64,000 nt of DNA from the human T2T-CHM13v2.0 reference genome, Homo sapiens. The stretch lies in assembly GCF_009914755.1 (NCBI RefSeq), contig NC_060926.1; one strand, given 5' to 3'. This document shows, in pieces, positions 49,041 to 62,890 of this stretch. The number at the start of each line of letters is the position of its first letter. Position 1 is the first letter of the stretch. A program made the position numbers and the translations under genes. The notes below the pieces were generated by a model. It saw only the letters and a program-made list of their open reading frames with translations. It ran no database searches and was not told where the DNA came from.

Positions 49041-52000
49041 TAAATGCGCCAATTTTTGTATGTTGATTTTGTATCCTGAAAACTTATTGAATCTGTTCAT
49101 CAGTTCTAATAGGTTTTTGGTGGAGTCTTTAGGTTTTTCCAAATATAAAATCATATCATCTGCAAACAAGGACATTTTGACTTCTTCCATTCCAACTTGG
49201 ATGCCCTTTCTTTCTTTCTCTTGTCTGACTGCTCTAACTAGGACTTCCACTACTGTGTTGAATCACAGTGGTGAAAGTGGGCATCTTTGTCATGTTCCAG
49301 ATCTTAGAGGAAAAGCTTCAAGTATTTCCCCCTTTCACTATGATATGAGCTGTGGGTCTGTCATAAACGGTGTTTACTGAATTGAGGCATACCCGGTTTT
49401 TTGAGGGTTTTGTCATGAAGAGATGTTGAATTTTATCCGATATTTTTTCAGCATCAATTGAAATGATCATATGGGTTTTGTCCTTCACTTTGTTGATATA
49501 ACGTACCACACTGATTGATCTGCATATGTTGAACCACGCTTGCATCCCTGGGATAGATTCCACTTGGTCATGACGAATGATCTTTTAAATGTGTTGTAGA
49601 ATTCGGTTTGCTAGTATTTTGTTGAGTATCAATATTCATCAGGGATACTGGCCTGTAGTGTTTTTTTTTTGGTTTTGTTTTGTTTTGTTTTTGATGTGTC
49701 TTTGTCTGGTTTGGGTATCAGGGTAATACTGGCCTCATACAGTACATTTGGAAATATTTCCTCCTCTATTTTTCAGAATAGTTTCAGGAGGATTGGTATT
49801 AGTTCTTCTTTAAATATTTGGTAAAATTCAGCAGTGAAGCCATCAGGTCCTGAACTTTTTTTTTGCTGGGAAATTTTTATTACAGCTTCAATCTTATTAC
49901 TTGTTATTGGTCTGCTCAGGTTTTGGACTTCTTCATTGTTCAATCTTGGAAGATTGTATGTGTCGAGGAATTTATCCGTTTCTTCCAGGTTTTCCCATTT
50001 CTTGGCATAGTAGCTTCTAATGATCCTTTGAATTTCTACGGTATCGGTTATAATGTCTTCTTTTTCTTCTCTGATTTTATTTGGATCTTTTTTTCTTAGT
50101 CTGGCTAAATGTTCGTTAGTTTTGTGTATATTTTCAAGAAACCAACTGTTTGTTTCATTGAACTTTGGTATTGTTTTCTTTGCTTCAATTTCATTTATTT
50201 CTGCTCTGATCTTTATTATTTCTTTTCTTCTAGTAATTTTGCGTTTGGTTTGCTCTGGCTTTTCTAGTTCTTTAAGATGCATCATTAGGTTATTTGGAGT
50301 TCTTCTACTTTTTTAATGTAGATGCTTTAGCTATATCATTTACAAATTTTAAACCAGTGTCTGATACACAGCTGACATGTAATCAAGGAATCCACTAATT
50401 AAGGAATTAATAACTAGATTCGTACATGCCTACCAATAAATATACTTCCATGAAAGCCTCTCTTCACTGAAGACTTCTGCCAGTGGTCCACATTTGGCAC
50501 TAACTAACACTACAGAGTGGTTAGAAGTTCTCAAATGGACAGACTATGAGAAGCTAAAGCTTCTGTCCTAACCACCTTTCCACCTTCAATTATGCCACTC
50601 TACCTAATCATTTCAAACCAAGTTCATTATTATTGCTTTTACTATTCCTGATAGTAAATAATTCCTAATTCATGAATAAAGGAGATTACCAGAATTCGAT
50701 TTAGACGAACAGTTTTAGGATCAGCCATAATGATTCTCATGGTTCTCACTGATTATGAGAAAGAGCATTTCATTAAAAATGTATTGTCAATGGAAGCAAC
50801 TAGACAGAAGCTGACCTCCCATCAACCAATCTTCAAACACTTTTGGATTTAGCCAGTTTATCCTCGGTAGTCCCACTGTCTTCTCACCAGTTTATAGGAA
50901 ACATCTCATGGACTTAAGCTGAGAAGATATTTTTCTGATCAGATGAGGAGAATGTGAAAAATGCTCTTCTGTTTTTAAAGGGTGCACTCTCAAAAATCTG
51001 CAAATGCAATGCAGTTTGAGAGGTAAGTACCAGGTGTTAGGAAACCTAATGAGACCCTTAATGTAGCCAATATGTAAAAGAGAGAGGAAATGGTTAGAAG
51101 AGTGTCAGGAAACATAACGCTGAGGAGGAGATTATTTAGAGATGAATTACTACAAGTATGAATCAATAACGTTAAAAGGAGCAGGGGAGGAATGTTAGAG
51201 GATCTTAATGTCTTGGAGAAAATGTTGGCACATCTGTGAAGTGTAGTATTTAGGAAAACAAGTACTAATATGCAGTACTCATGGTGGGACAGCACGGGGA
51301 GGCATGGAAAGGGCCAGAGTATGAAGAGCCCTTATATGCCTTGCTAGAGTTTGTCCTTTACTCTGGGAGAAATCGAGTTCTTTTACATTCTCTTTTTTAA
51401 GGGGCATGGTATATTCAAACACATTTTATTTAACAGTGATTTTCAGAATAATAGAGGCTGAGCACTCAGGAGTATACTGAAGTCAAGTAAGTCAGAAATG
51501 ATCATTGCAATCAACAAAGGCAGTAGAAGAAGAGATGGAATAAGAAGAATGGATTTGGAGGATAATTACAAAGTAGAACTGACCATATATGGTAACCTAT
51601 CAACTGTAACTAATGTTTCTCCAGAAATGGAAGAACTTTCTCATCTACAATTAAAGCAGCTGCGCAGGATCACCAAACTAAGGAACTACTTGTCCACCTT
51701 TCCCCCACCAGAGAAAATAAAAAATGTCATCATAGAAGACAGTCTTTTTATGTTTCAATTTTATTTCCAACTTAGCATATTCTAACCTCCTAACCTTCCC
51801 TGCTACAGTTTTGTGGCCCATTATCTTAACAGCCACTAAGAAGCAAGTCCAAAGAAATATATGTGGTATGGAAAGACTACCTTATAAAAAGATGAGGATT
51901 ATGGCAAGTGACTCTTTCTCGATCTGCATCTGCTAATTCTTTGTCTCCTCCAGATGAATTCTGCACCAACTATGAATCTCTATCCAAAAAACATGAACCA

Positions 52001-52950
52001 TGTTACAAAGAATTTTCCCCAAAATCACACACTCTAGAGCAGATCACACATTTAACCTGGAGAAAGGGCATTGGCTGACATTTCACACAATCTAGTCCTT
52101 CTTTATGTAAGAAATGGTGGGTCTTAAAATTCCACAATCTCCAATAGATACAAATGATCTGTTCTTAGAAGCTTCATCCAGTGCCTTGGGCTGATCCTGT
52201 ATGGAACTGTCACATGGGAACTCCCTTAAAAAGGGTCATGACAGATAGAAGAGGCAAGAGGGATGCAGAAGTGAGGTTCTGGTGCTACCTTTACAATAGC
52301 CTTTTTAAAGCCGCGTTATTATCACATGATTCTGCTCCCCTTCCCTTTCTGAAGTATCATGGAAGAAGCCTCTTGAAGTGCTACTCTCTATAGCTTCCTT
52401 TGATCATCTTGAGAACCAACAGGAAACTTGGGCAAAATGAGAGCTCTCGTGATTGGGTCAGTTCTACTTCTGGATGGTTATTTTAATTTTTAAGGTTCTA
52501 AATTCTGTAATTCAGGCCAACCATGAAAGACAAATCATAGAGAAAATAAAAGTATATCTCATTTTCAAACCAAGGACCATGAACTCTGCATTAACCCCTT
52601 AACAATTTTTCACCCACTGCCCCCAACACCCTCCTCAGAGCCACGGTTTTGTGCCTTTTATATATTGGTCACCTTTAATTTTTTCATGTTCAAGGGAGCT
52701 GTCATCTAAGCAGCTAAAAGAAACCTTTCCTTCTAATCTTGTTCAGTTCCCTAAGAAGCTAGATGATATTTAACACTAGCTTTTTCATAATACTTATTTT
52801 AGACAGGAACCTAGTAAATATCCTACAGTGAATAAATAAAGTAGTTATGTGGAAAGAGTGGGACGGGCTTTCAAACCAATACTGGTGATCTCATACTTAG
52901 AACATGTAAAAAAAACACCTCTGTTTACTCTAAGGCCATAATTTCTCCTT

Positions 52951-53297
<347 letters not shown>

Positions 53298-54059
53298 TGA
53301 TAACTTTAAAATAGTTTTAACAGCAAAATGTCCCAGCAAATGTGAGTACAACCCATTAGTATCTAGTTTAATAAGAATTTCCCCACAAAAACAAAACCCA
53401 AAAAACTTGGATTAACAAGAGGCTATGTGAAGTTAAAATTGTAAGTGGGCAGTTGGAACCCTGTTAAAATGTCAAGTTTAACTATAAATTTCTCGCTAAA
53501 AAAAAAACAAAAACAAAAACAAAAATCCCAGTCTGGCTCTTAAATCTAGAAATAAGGTAGAATGTAGGCAATGTTAACCAAGGCACGAATCTGCTAAACT
53601 TGTGAAGGTCCACACATGGCTGGTGTCTGGGAGGTTGAAAGTTTCCAGCTCAACAAATGAAAGGTCATGTGTCCAGTTTTTTAAGATAACAGGCAATTAC
53701 TGATTGAGATCTTAGTAATACTGCCTCACCCAGGTGAAAAACATCCAGAGGAAATGAATCTAGAGTTAAGAACTACTGTGAAGAATGGGCTCTGATTCTC
53801 ACTAAATATTTAGCTTTATTAACTCTATGATCATGGCCCCCATGATAGACAAACTGCACAGTTTAACCCATATATTTTAAAAGGCCCACTACTGCCCCAC
53901 TTCCCACCAAACTTAGTTTATTGAACATGTCCTTTAAAAACTGTAAGTTAGGGCTTTGCATATTAATGTTTAAAATAAGGAGCAAGTGGTGAGTTATTGC
54001 ACCATAGATCACTCATATAAATACTCTTACCAAGTATATACTGCTCCATTATTTGTAGC

Positions 54060-54360
54060 TCTTTTTTTATCTTTTAAGAGACAGGATCAGGCTCTGTCAT
54101 CCAGGCTGGAGTACAATGGCATGAACACGGCTCACTGCAGCCTTGATCTCCTGGGCTCAAGCGATCCTCCTGCCTATGCCTCCCCCAAGCAGCTGGGACT
54201 ACAGTCATTCACCACCATGTCTGGCTAATTTTCTTATTTTATTTTGTAGAGATGGGGTCTTGCCATGTTGCCCAACTGGTCTTGAACTCCTGGCCTCAAG
54301 CAATCCTCCCACCTCGGCCTCTCAAAGTGGGATTACAGGCGTAAGCCACCACGCCTGGCC
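54060..54360 (-). mobile_element. AluJ
   Basis: ctcctgggctcaagcgatcctcc J-type text. Confidence 0.9.
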
Positions 54361-54416
54361 TATTTGTTGTTTTTATTGACCTTTCCTTGGTCACTGACTC
54401 TGGGATAGGATCTGGT

Positions 54417-54790
54417 TGTAAGTTAACTTGGCTATAGGCTAGGTTATGCTATGCTAACAAATAAACCCGAAAAACCAGTGTCTTAATACAACACAGGTTT
54501 ACTTCTTGCTCATGCAAAATCCTCTGCAGGTCAGGCAATTCTCTTAAAATGACACTTGAGTGTCCCAGGTGTCAACCATCCTGTGTAACCACCATCTCAA
54601 ACATGAGCTTTCAAATTGCTTCAGCAAGGAAAGGGAGAGCAAAGAGTGCTTACATGCAATGGTTTATGCTTTGACCACTTGCCTCAATCATGTAACAATC
54701 AAAGCTGAAAAATCCAGTCTTTCTTTGTTCCAGGGAAGATAAAAATGAAACGGAACTCAGTTAACTGAGGTCTGTCTTTGCCACAATGAC
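54417..54790 (-). mobile_element. Old MLT1 (J/K/L-type) LTR
   Basis: ggctaggttatgctatgctaacaaataaaccc...tctttgccaca. Confidence 0.6.
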
Positions 54791-54906
54791 AAGATCTATT
54801 GTGAAAATGATATGAGGTAGCTACTATTACCATCTCTTCTTATAATTGAGGAAACCAAAGCTCAGGGATATAAGTAACTTCTCCATAGCTAGAAAGTGAT
54901 GGAGGC

Positions 54907-55427
54907 TCTCAGCAAACTAACACAGGAACAGAAAACCAAACACTGCATTTTCTCACTCATAAGTGGGAGCTGAACAATGAGAACACATGCACACAGGGAG
55001 GGGAACATCACACACTGGGGCCTGTTGGGAGGTGGGGGGCTAGGGGAGGGATAGCATTAGGAGAAATACCTAATGTAGAAGATGCGTTGATGGGTGCAGC
55101 AAACCACCAGAGCACGTGTATACCTACATAACACACCTGCACGTCCTGCACATGTATCCCAGAACTTAAAGTGTAAGAAAAAAAAAAGAAAAAGGATTTG
55201 TGGTACACAATTATCCCTCTAGGACCATATAAACCAGATTACAATGGCCTAAAATAAATTGATCTAAATTTTTTTTAAAATTTTAGCCAGTAAATTTTAA
55301 ATATGTCATAAATCCTTTATTTCCATGAAATTTTAAAGAGGGTCTAGTGCTATATTAAGAGTTAAAAAAGATAAATCATGTCAAGTTTAAAATGAATAAA
55401 TTTGGGTAGTCAAAGGAAAAAAAAAAG
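54907..55427 (+). mobile_element. Short L1PA6/7-type 3' fragment carrying a ~220-nt 3' transduction, inserted in a MIR
   Basis: Perfect TSD AGAAAGTGATGGAGGC (54891-54906 / 55428-55443); two A tracts. Confidence 0.85.
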
Positions 55428-56195
55428 AGAAAGTGATGGAGGCATGTCTATTTAATTCTAGAGCTTCAACCTTTAACCATTATATTCTGTCTGCTGTTCA
55501 TGCAGAACCTGCACCAGAGCATTACCATAAGGTTGAAGTCAGCAGAAAAGTTAAAATTTTTCTTTGGCATAAAATAAGGTTGTGTTCCAACTCTCATCTT
55601 TTAACAAGTGACTTAATGATATGTTATAAACTGAGCAAGATACATGTTCTTGCTAAAGAAAACAGAAAAACAAATATTCTTTTAAAAACTAATAGGTTTT
55701 ATTATCCTAAACTAGAAATGGCTTTAGCAGACAACTGGAATGCTAGTTCATTATTATCAGAAAGGATTACAGACCAATGATTCCTAACCCTAAGCTTTGT
55801 TTCTGCATCTAACAATCTCATAAAATAAATTATCATATGTAGTTACCTTGGTGTACTTACCACAGATGATTTATCTTGAAGGGCATGTGAGAAAAGAACA
55901 TTGCTCAAAACTAGGGCATTGCTCAAAGTTTCAAGGGAAATTTTTGCTTAAACTGCATACTTGCTTAGCCCACCATATTTAGCTAGGAATCCTCATAATG
56001 TTCCTGGAGTACTTACCCTACCACAGATCAACCTTCATTTTTCATTTTTCTTTTGCTTCTACTTTGAAGATCAACTGTTACTTAAACATATGTTCTCAAT
56101 CCAATTTGCAATACAAAATATCTGCACTCTGATACTTCTTAGGTAGTATAACTTTGAACTCATTGCTATGTACTACTACTAAAAACTAAGCTGAA

Positions 56196-56525
<330 letters not shown>

Positions 56526-58217
56526 CTGAGTTGAGACATACAATATTTAGAGAGAACTGCTCAAAAGGCACACAGGCCATCCATTTACAGATATTCTAAA
56601 ATCTAGCTCTTGGTCAAGTCATAGCAACAGAAGTCTAGGTACCTGAACCACACTGTAATGACTACGTAGGAACTGCTTTTACTGAATTGTACTTTGGTAT
56701 GATAACAACAGTCCATGTAAAAGAAAGTCCCAAGAAACCACAGCTACCAAGACATTGTCTAGGAAGCTGTAATAGCATCCAAGAAAATCTATTCTGAGGA
56801 ATGGGTTTATTTTATCTTATGAACCCAGTCACCTAGTGTCATTGACAACAGAGCTCAGAGCCAAATGTACAGCCTATCAACAGACAAGTATCAAATTCCC
56901 ATTGCTATGCTTTCCCTGACTCCATTTTTTATCCATCTCCTACCTTTTTTTTTTCGTTTTTCTTTTCCTTCTACTTTTAATTTCTGTTTTACTGTTTTGT
57001 GATAATATATATGTATTATATAAACTGTTTTAAATCCTTTTCAAAACAAAGCAGGGAAACACAGAAATAAAAAGATCAAGAGAGTTTCCTGGGGTCCTTT
57101 AAAGGATCCCTTCTAGGATCCAGATCCATTTGTAACACTCTGGATAGAATTATATATATCTAATCATTAAAGGTTCAGGACGAACTAAAGCCAAGTGCTT
57201 TTATCTATAAGAATTTAATTACTTAGACCTGACCAGGAGTTGGCAAATTTTTTGAGTAAGACATCTATTGCTATGTGGTTAGGCTGATGTTTCTAAGAGG
57301 TATGTAAGAGGCACTTGATTAAAAGATTGTTACTGAAACTGCAACCACTCAGTAAATTTTACCTGGTATACATTTCCTTTCTGATGCTAGAAACTTTTTG
57401 AAGACAAATCTGACTCAATGATTAAAAGATGAGAAGCAAGAAATGCGTTGTTACTTTTGTTTATAAACTACCATGGCAAGTTGCTACTTACTTAGGGAGG
57501 AAAAAGGGGAGGAAAGAATAATTTTGACCAAGTACATGGCATCTCCAGGACTTGAAAAGGGCTCAAATAAAAAATGGGAGAAAAATATTTCCCTAGAGAT
57601 ACATACTGAATACTGAGTGGAGCTAGGAAGCTAGGAATTATCTAAGAGTTTACTAACAGTGGCAGAGGTGCAAGAAGTATCTTTTCAAAAAAAAATTTTT
57701 AAATATATTGATAAGGCAGCGGTTGTTAACATTATGATAAGTTATTGGAGGAAGAGGGGTAAAAGCAAGAAGGTCAGTTTTGTAAAGAGGTTAATCAAAG
57801 AGTTGTCCTGCTGGGTTTGAGCCCATTAGTATTAAAACCCTGATCATGCTTCTGCTTACTAGAGATCCTGTAGCTCAAAATCCCGGTAAAGGAGGGAGTC
57901 CCGATGACCAACATACAGAAATTGAGTATCCTAAAAACTGATGAGTAAAGGGTGCCCCCAAGAGAGACCTGAATTATAGAAAGGAAGAGAGTCACAATCC
58001 CATCTGAAAGCCAGGCAACTAAGTTTTTCTCCCAGTCTTACTAAAATTCCAGCATTGTAATGGTACCTACTGTCTGCAGAAGAGGAAGCACCAAAGAATA
58101 CCCTGAGAGACCAATGTAAGCAGGAGGAAGAATACAAGCTTTCCCCAAGCAGGTTGTAACAAGGAGAGGGATAAAAAGCCTTTCCACGATAGGACAACAC
58201 AAGAGTCACTGTGGATC

Positions 58218-58420
58218 CAGATTTCTCAACCTCGGCGCTACTGACATTTGTAGCCAGATAATTCTTTAGTGTAGGAGGCTGTCTTGTGCATTGTAGGATG
58301 CTTGGCAGCATCCCTGGCCTCTACCCCTTAGATGGCAATAGCATCCCTAACAATTGTGACAACCAAAAAAATGTCTGCAGACATTGCCAAATGTCTACAG
58401 GGGGGGCAAAAATCACCCCT
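58218..58420 (-). mobile_element. MER20 hAT DNA transposon
   Basis: gcattgtaggatgcttggcagcatccctggcctctaccc...cagacattgccaaatgtc. Confidence 0.85.
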
Positions 58421-60127
58421 ATGCTATGGATGAAATAACAAACAGCTTCCAGTGTTAACTCGCTCTCTTGGTAAACAGCACTCCCAAACCACCTCATCTC
58501 CTGAACCAGGAAACAGAGACAAAACAGAAGAATTTGTAGGAAAAATAACAAGTTCAATTTTGCATATGTCAAGATGTGAGATAGCAAATGGAGATGTCCA
58601 AAAGATAGTTGGGATAAATGAGACTGGAAACAAGAAAAGAGGGCTTGGCTAGAGAAACAAACCAGAAAACCATTAGCTACATTAGCTCAGAAAAAGCCTC
58701 TGAGAAAGGTTTTCTTGAATCTTCAGCCAAAATAAAAATCTCTCAATAGATGATGATTATTACCCTACACAAACTCTACCTAGTACTTAATTAAACAAGA
58801 AGCCCTTGATGGATTTAGTCTACTGCAGGGTAATGCAGTACTCAAGCACAATTTTTACCTTCATCTGGACAAACTTGCCATATGTTAAGGTCTTAAGGGT
58901 AAACTCTCATATATCCTTACTAATCGATATGTAGCAATAATTTTCCCATTTGGCATATGCTTCCTCTTTTGACTCTTAGTTCTCAAATCCATTGTTCCAT
59001 AGTCTATCTGTTCTGAACAGATATTTGTTCTCTACTGCTGCAGATACATAATTAGTAAAAGCAGATGCAATTTTCAACATTAAGAGTTACACAGAGTGAG
59101 TTTTCCAACATTATCATTAAAGAAATTCTATACTAGAAGGCTGAAAGACTCCAAATCAATTCTTTTTCTTTAACAGAAACCTCTCTTAACAGTTTGAATA
59201 CACCTCAGTTCAAAAGCCTATTTTCCTGAATGTCTGTTTTTGATTGAGAAAATTTACTTAAATGTAATTTTCCAAAAATTAGAAGACACATTTCTACATA
59301 TGAATAAGTTCACTTGTTAAAAACCTATTCAAAATGTTTTATGAAGAGTTACATTTCATGTAAAAATAGCAGTGAAGAAACAATTTTCCTAACTTAAGAC
59401 ATATAATATGGTTAACAAAATATAGTCAAAGCAAAATAAATCTGAAAAAGTAAATAGGGATACTTTGCATATGTTATGTTCAGTTTAAACTTGTTCCCTG
59501 TGCAAAATCTTCCCCCACTGTGTTTTCTTTCATTTTTTCAACTAGCTTAAAAATTTTTTTAAGTGAGGTAAGTTGAAATTTTGTTCTAGAATAGTCTTTT
59601 AAAATATCAACCAGTTCACAGAATGTGCACTCAGCTTATCTCCACAGTTATACCATACCAACAGACTGATACACATTCAGTAAGGATAGGTATAAAGAAT
59701 GGTTACATTTCCTTTTAGATATGATAAAATATTACACAGAGAACATAACTCCACAGACATTCCAAAGAGAAAAATTAAGTTTAGCATTTTTCTGACCACA
59801 AAGTACAGAATAAGCAGATTTTTAGGACCTACTTTTGTGTATATAATCCTTATTAAAAATAAAAGGATATCATAAAATTAAAATATCAGTAAACATCTGC
59901 TTTTCTTTATATGTTCCTTAGGCTAAGATTATAAAATCAAATATGATTTTTACTGAAGGGAATTACTAGCCATCCCCTAACAACCCCATCTTTTCCTCAC
60001 ATAAGAAAATGCAAATTATGTCTAATTTGTGTTCACCAATGAATCTTATCACTTAAAATTACAACACAGCTAGAGAAGCAAGAGAAGGAAAAGTAGTGAA
60101 GTGTGTTTAAAAGTTATTCTTTCTTAC

Positions 60128-60258
60128 CAATATGTTGCTGTAGAATCCAAGCGTTTGAGGCACGAGCAGAGAGCATCCTTTCAACAGCTGGTGCAAGTGT
60201 CTTCCAATTAGTAAACTCCAAAGTGAAGATAAGGGTGTCAATGCTGACTGAGTCAATC
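60128..60258 (-). CDS. ASB3: ASB3 penultimate coding exon (131 bp): (G)[43 protein letters not shown](G)
   Basis: Not in the ORF track; translated by hand. Minus strand reads ...ctaacatag|G ATT GAC TCA...CAT ATT G|gtaagaa: canonical AG acceptor, GTAAG donor, 43 open codons. The trailing G joins CC of the terminal exon to make Ala in frame. Peptide recognised as ASB3. Confidence 0.95.
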
Positions 60259-60924
60259 CTATGTTAGCAAGATGTTAATATAATATTAGAAACAAAACAT
60301 GCCAAGGGTTCGTACTTGAAACAAACACCACATACCTATTCTTACAAAATCTCAATGAGGAGGGCAGACAGAAAACTAGGGCATGTTAAGTATTTATGTA
60401 ACTAGAGGCAAGATCAGAGGATATTAACAATCATCTACAGGTTCCTATTAACTGAATTGACTTTCTATGTAGCTGTCTAAGAGATGACAAGAGGAACCTC
60501 AGAGAGAGTAGGAACTTTCCTTCTCATGGGTGACAGCACCAATGACATCAGTGGATTTGCCATTATTTCCTCCCATTTGGACTATCTTGCCAAATGTAAA
60601 TTGACCATCCTTACAGACATATAATTTAATAATCCTAAAAGGATAAAGCCCAAACACCCCAAGTTATCCCTAAACTGAGTGTACAAGTGTACAAGTATGG
60701 CTTGTTTCTGCCCAACTCCCAGGGATGCACAGCTGTTCTCCTCTAAGAACCTTCCCCCCATTATAAATTCAGCCCTAAACGATGTAACAGAATAAGACTT
60801 GTCTTTAAGGACTGAAAGAAGGGGTTCCAAACAGGCCTTCCTCTGTTCTTTCAAAATAACGTCAGATTCCCTACCAACCCACTCAAAAGAGGCTAACCCA
60901 AAATTTATAAGCACTTGAAACCTA

Positions 60925-61120
60925 ATGGAAAGAGCACTGGCTTAAGAAAAGTCTTGATGTTTAATACTGCTTCTGCTACTTATAAACAGGTTGCCTGAAT
61001 TATTTAAACTCTCGCTCCTGCTTTTTAAAATGAGAATAATACATAAGCTGCCCATTTCAGGGAACTATATGTGAAAATAATATGAGATAACATAGTAAAC
61101 ATACTTTTAAAACTATAAAG
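60925..61120 (+). mobile_element. MIR
   Basis: aatggaaagagcactggc...ttaaaatgagaataata. Confidence 0.6.
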
Positions 61121-62890
61121 TATTATATGAAAAATTGGTATTACCAGAAACGATTTGAAAACTTCAGTATTATATTTTTAGAAGCTTTAAAATTTAGTCA
61201 AACCTTTAAAAGAACTCTAAATCCTAACAAGATTACTTATCCTGTATTCAATTAGACCCCCCCTACCATCACAATGGTTGGAGAAAAAAAAGTCACTAGG
61301 GCTTCTAGTAATTACTACCAAAACAGAAATTCTTCTCAAGGTCACCTCTTTGGAGGTATTACCGAGCAACAACAACTGAAGAAGGAAAGGAAATACAAGG
61401 AAAGAAGATAAACTGAATAACAATCTAAGCTCACCATCTCAAAGACACTTCTGGTAATTTGGAGTCAAAATATCTTTGAAATGATGGACTAAAGATTATG
61501 AAAATTATTTCCCAAATTCTTAATTCTCCAATAAGCAAACATCTAAGGAAGAACTTAAAGGGTAGCACAGATGTCTTGGGAAAACATTTTATTTCTCAGC
61601 ATATCTCAGTGAAATCACAACTTATCAGAAATACTGAGGATAAATGAAATGATACAATATATTCAAAGACAAACAATTTCCTTGACTTTCTAGGGGTCCC
61701 AAACCAAAGGTTACTTGGTTCTGGTTCTTTATTTTTTTTTTTAACGATTTCATTTTTCTGCCTTAATGCACTTTAGGTCTTACTGTGACCAAACACAAAG
61801 TCATTTTTATGCAGTTATCTGAACATATACATGACAAGTAAATCTGTTTGCACAGTTTAGTTAATATAACGGTGAGTTTATTTTACCAACACTGATAATG
61901 CCACTAAAAATGTATTGTTACTTTACTACAGTGACCATTACATTGTATAGACCAGTTGTACAATCATAAACGAGTGACATTTAATCAACTAAATGCACAA
62001 ATGACATTTATGTTCTATTATCCCATTAAATGGGGGTGGGGTGCGCAGGGAGAGGAATACTTAGTCTTGCATTTAAATATTGTGACAGGCAATTATTCAG
62101 CCAGATACATTTTCAAGACTGTTTAAGACAAGCAATACCCAGAAAATATGTTTATAATTTACGTGACAAAGATTAAGCAACAGACCTACATGTGATATAA
62201 ATAACAATCAAAATCTACTTTAACAACATATTGGAATTTTTATAGAATGTTTCTTATAATAGCTCTTTGAATGTAAATTTGATCAAAGAAAGCAAAACAT
62301 TTATCATATGCAGTGTAAACATTGGCTTTACCCATTCAATAAAAAAGATCAGTGAACAAAAATTTGACCATGTTAAGCATTTTCATTGCTAAAGTTAAAT
62401 TTTCCACTGTATTTTTTCTAATGAATATAAAGTAACCAAAGTTACTCCTCAGGAGTAAAAAACATGTAATTGGCATTCTGCATTCAGAATACCGAAAGTT
62501 TCACAACTTACTTCAAAATAGTTTCTACTTTACTAGTTCTTAATTCTTTTCTATTTCACATATCCGATAAATACAGCACACACCCAATGGCTTATTGCGA
62601 CAAAAATTCTCAACTGTTCACAAGTGGGGGAAAATGGGGGAGCAGTATCAGAATTGGGAAAGGGGGGATAAATTACAAAGCCTTCTAAGAGAATAAAGCT
62701 AAATAAATCCTTCTGCCTCCAAGTAGTCCATTTAGTTGGCTGGGGAGGAAAGGAAAATAGGCAATGTTTGATTTTTTCCCCCTGCTTAGGTTTTTCCTAA
62801 TTTAGGAGCAGGAAGAAGCAAGAAAAATTGGCACAAATCCCTCAGGTTAGGCAAGGGATTAAGGATTACTAAAATTGAGTAATAGAACTA

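Noticed and set aside
60582-60914. 110-aa minus-strand ORF in the ASB3 intron
   Set aside because: Non-ATG start, no recognisable domain, no clear splice signals linking it to ASB3.
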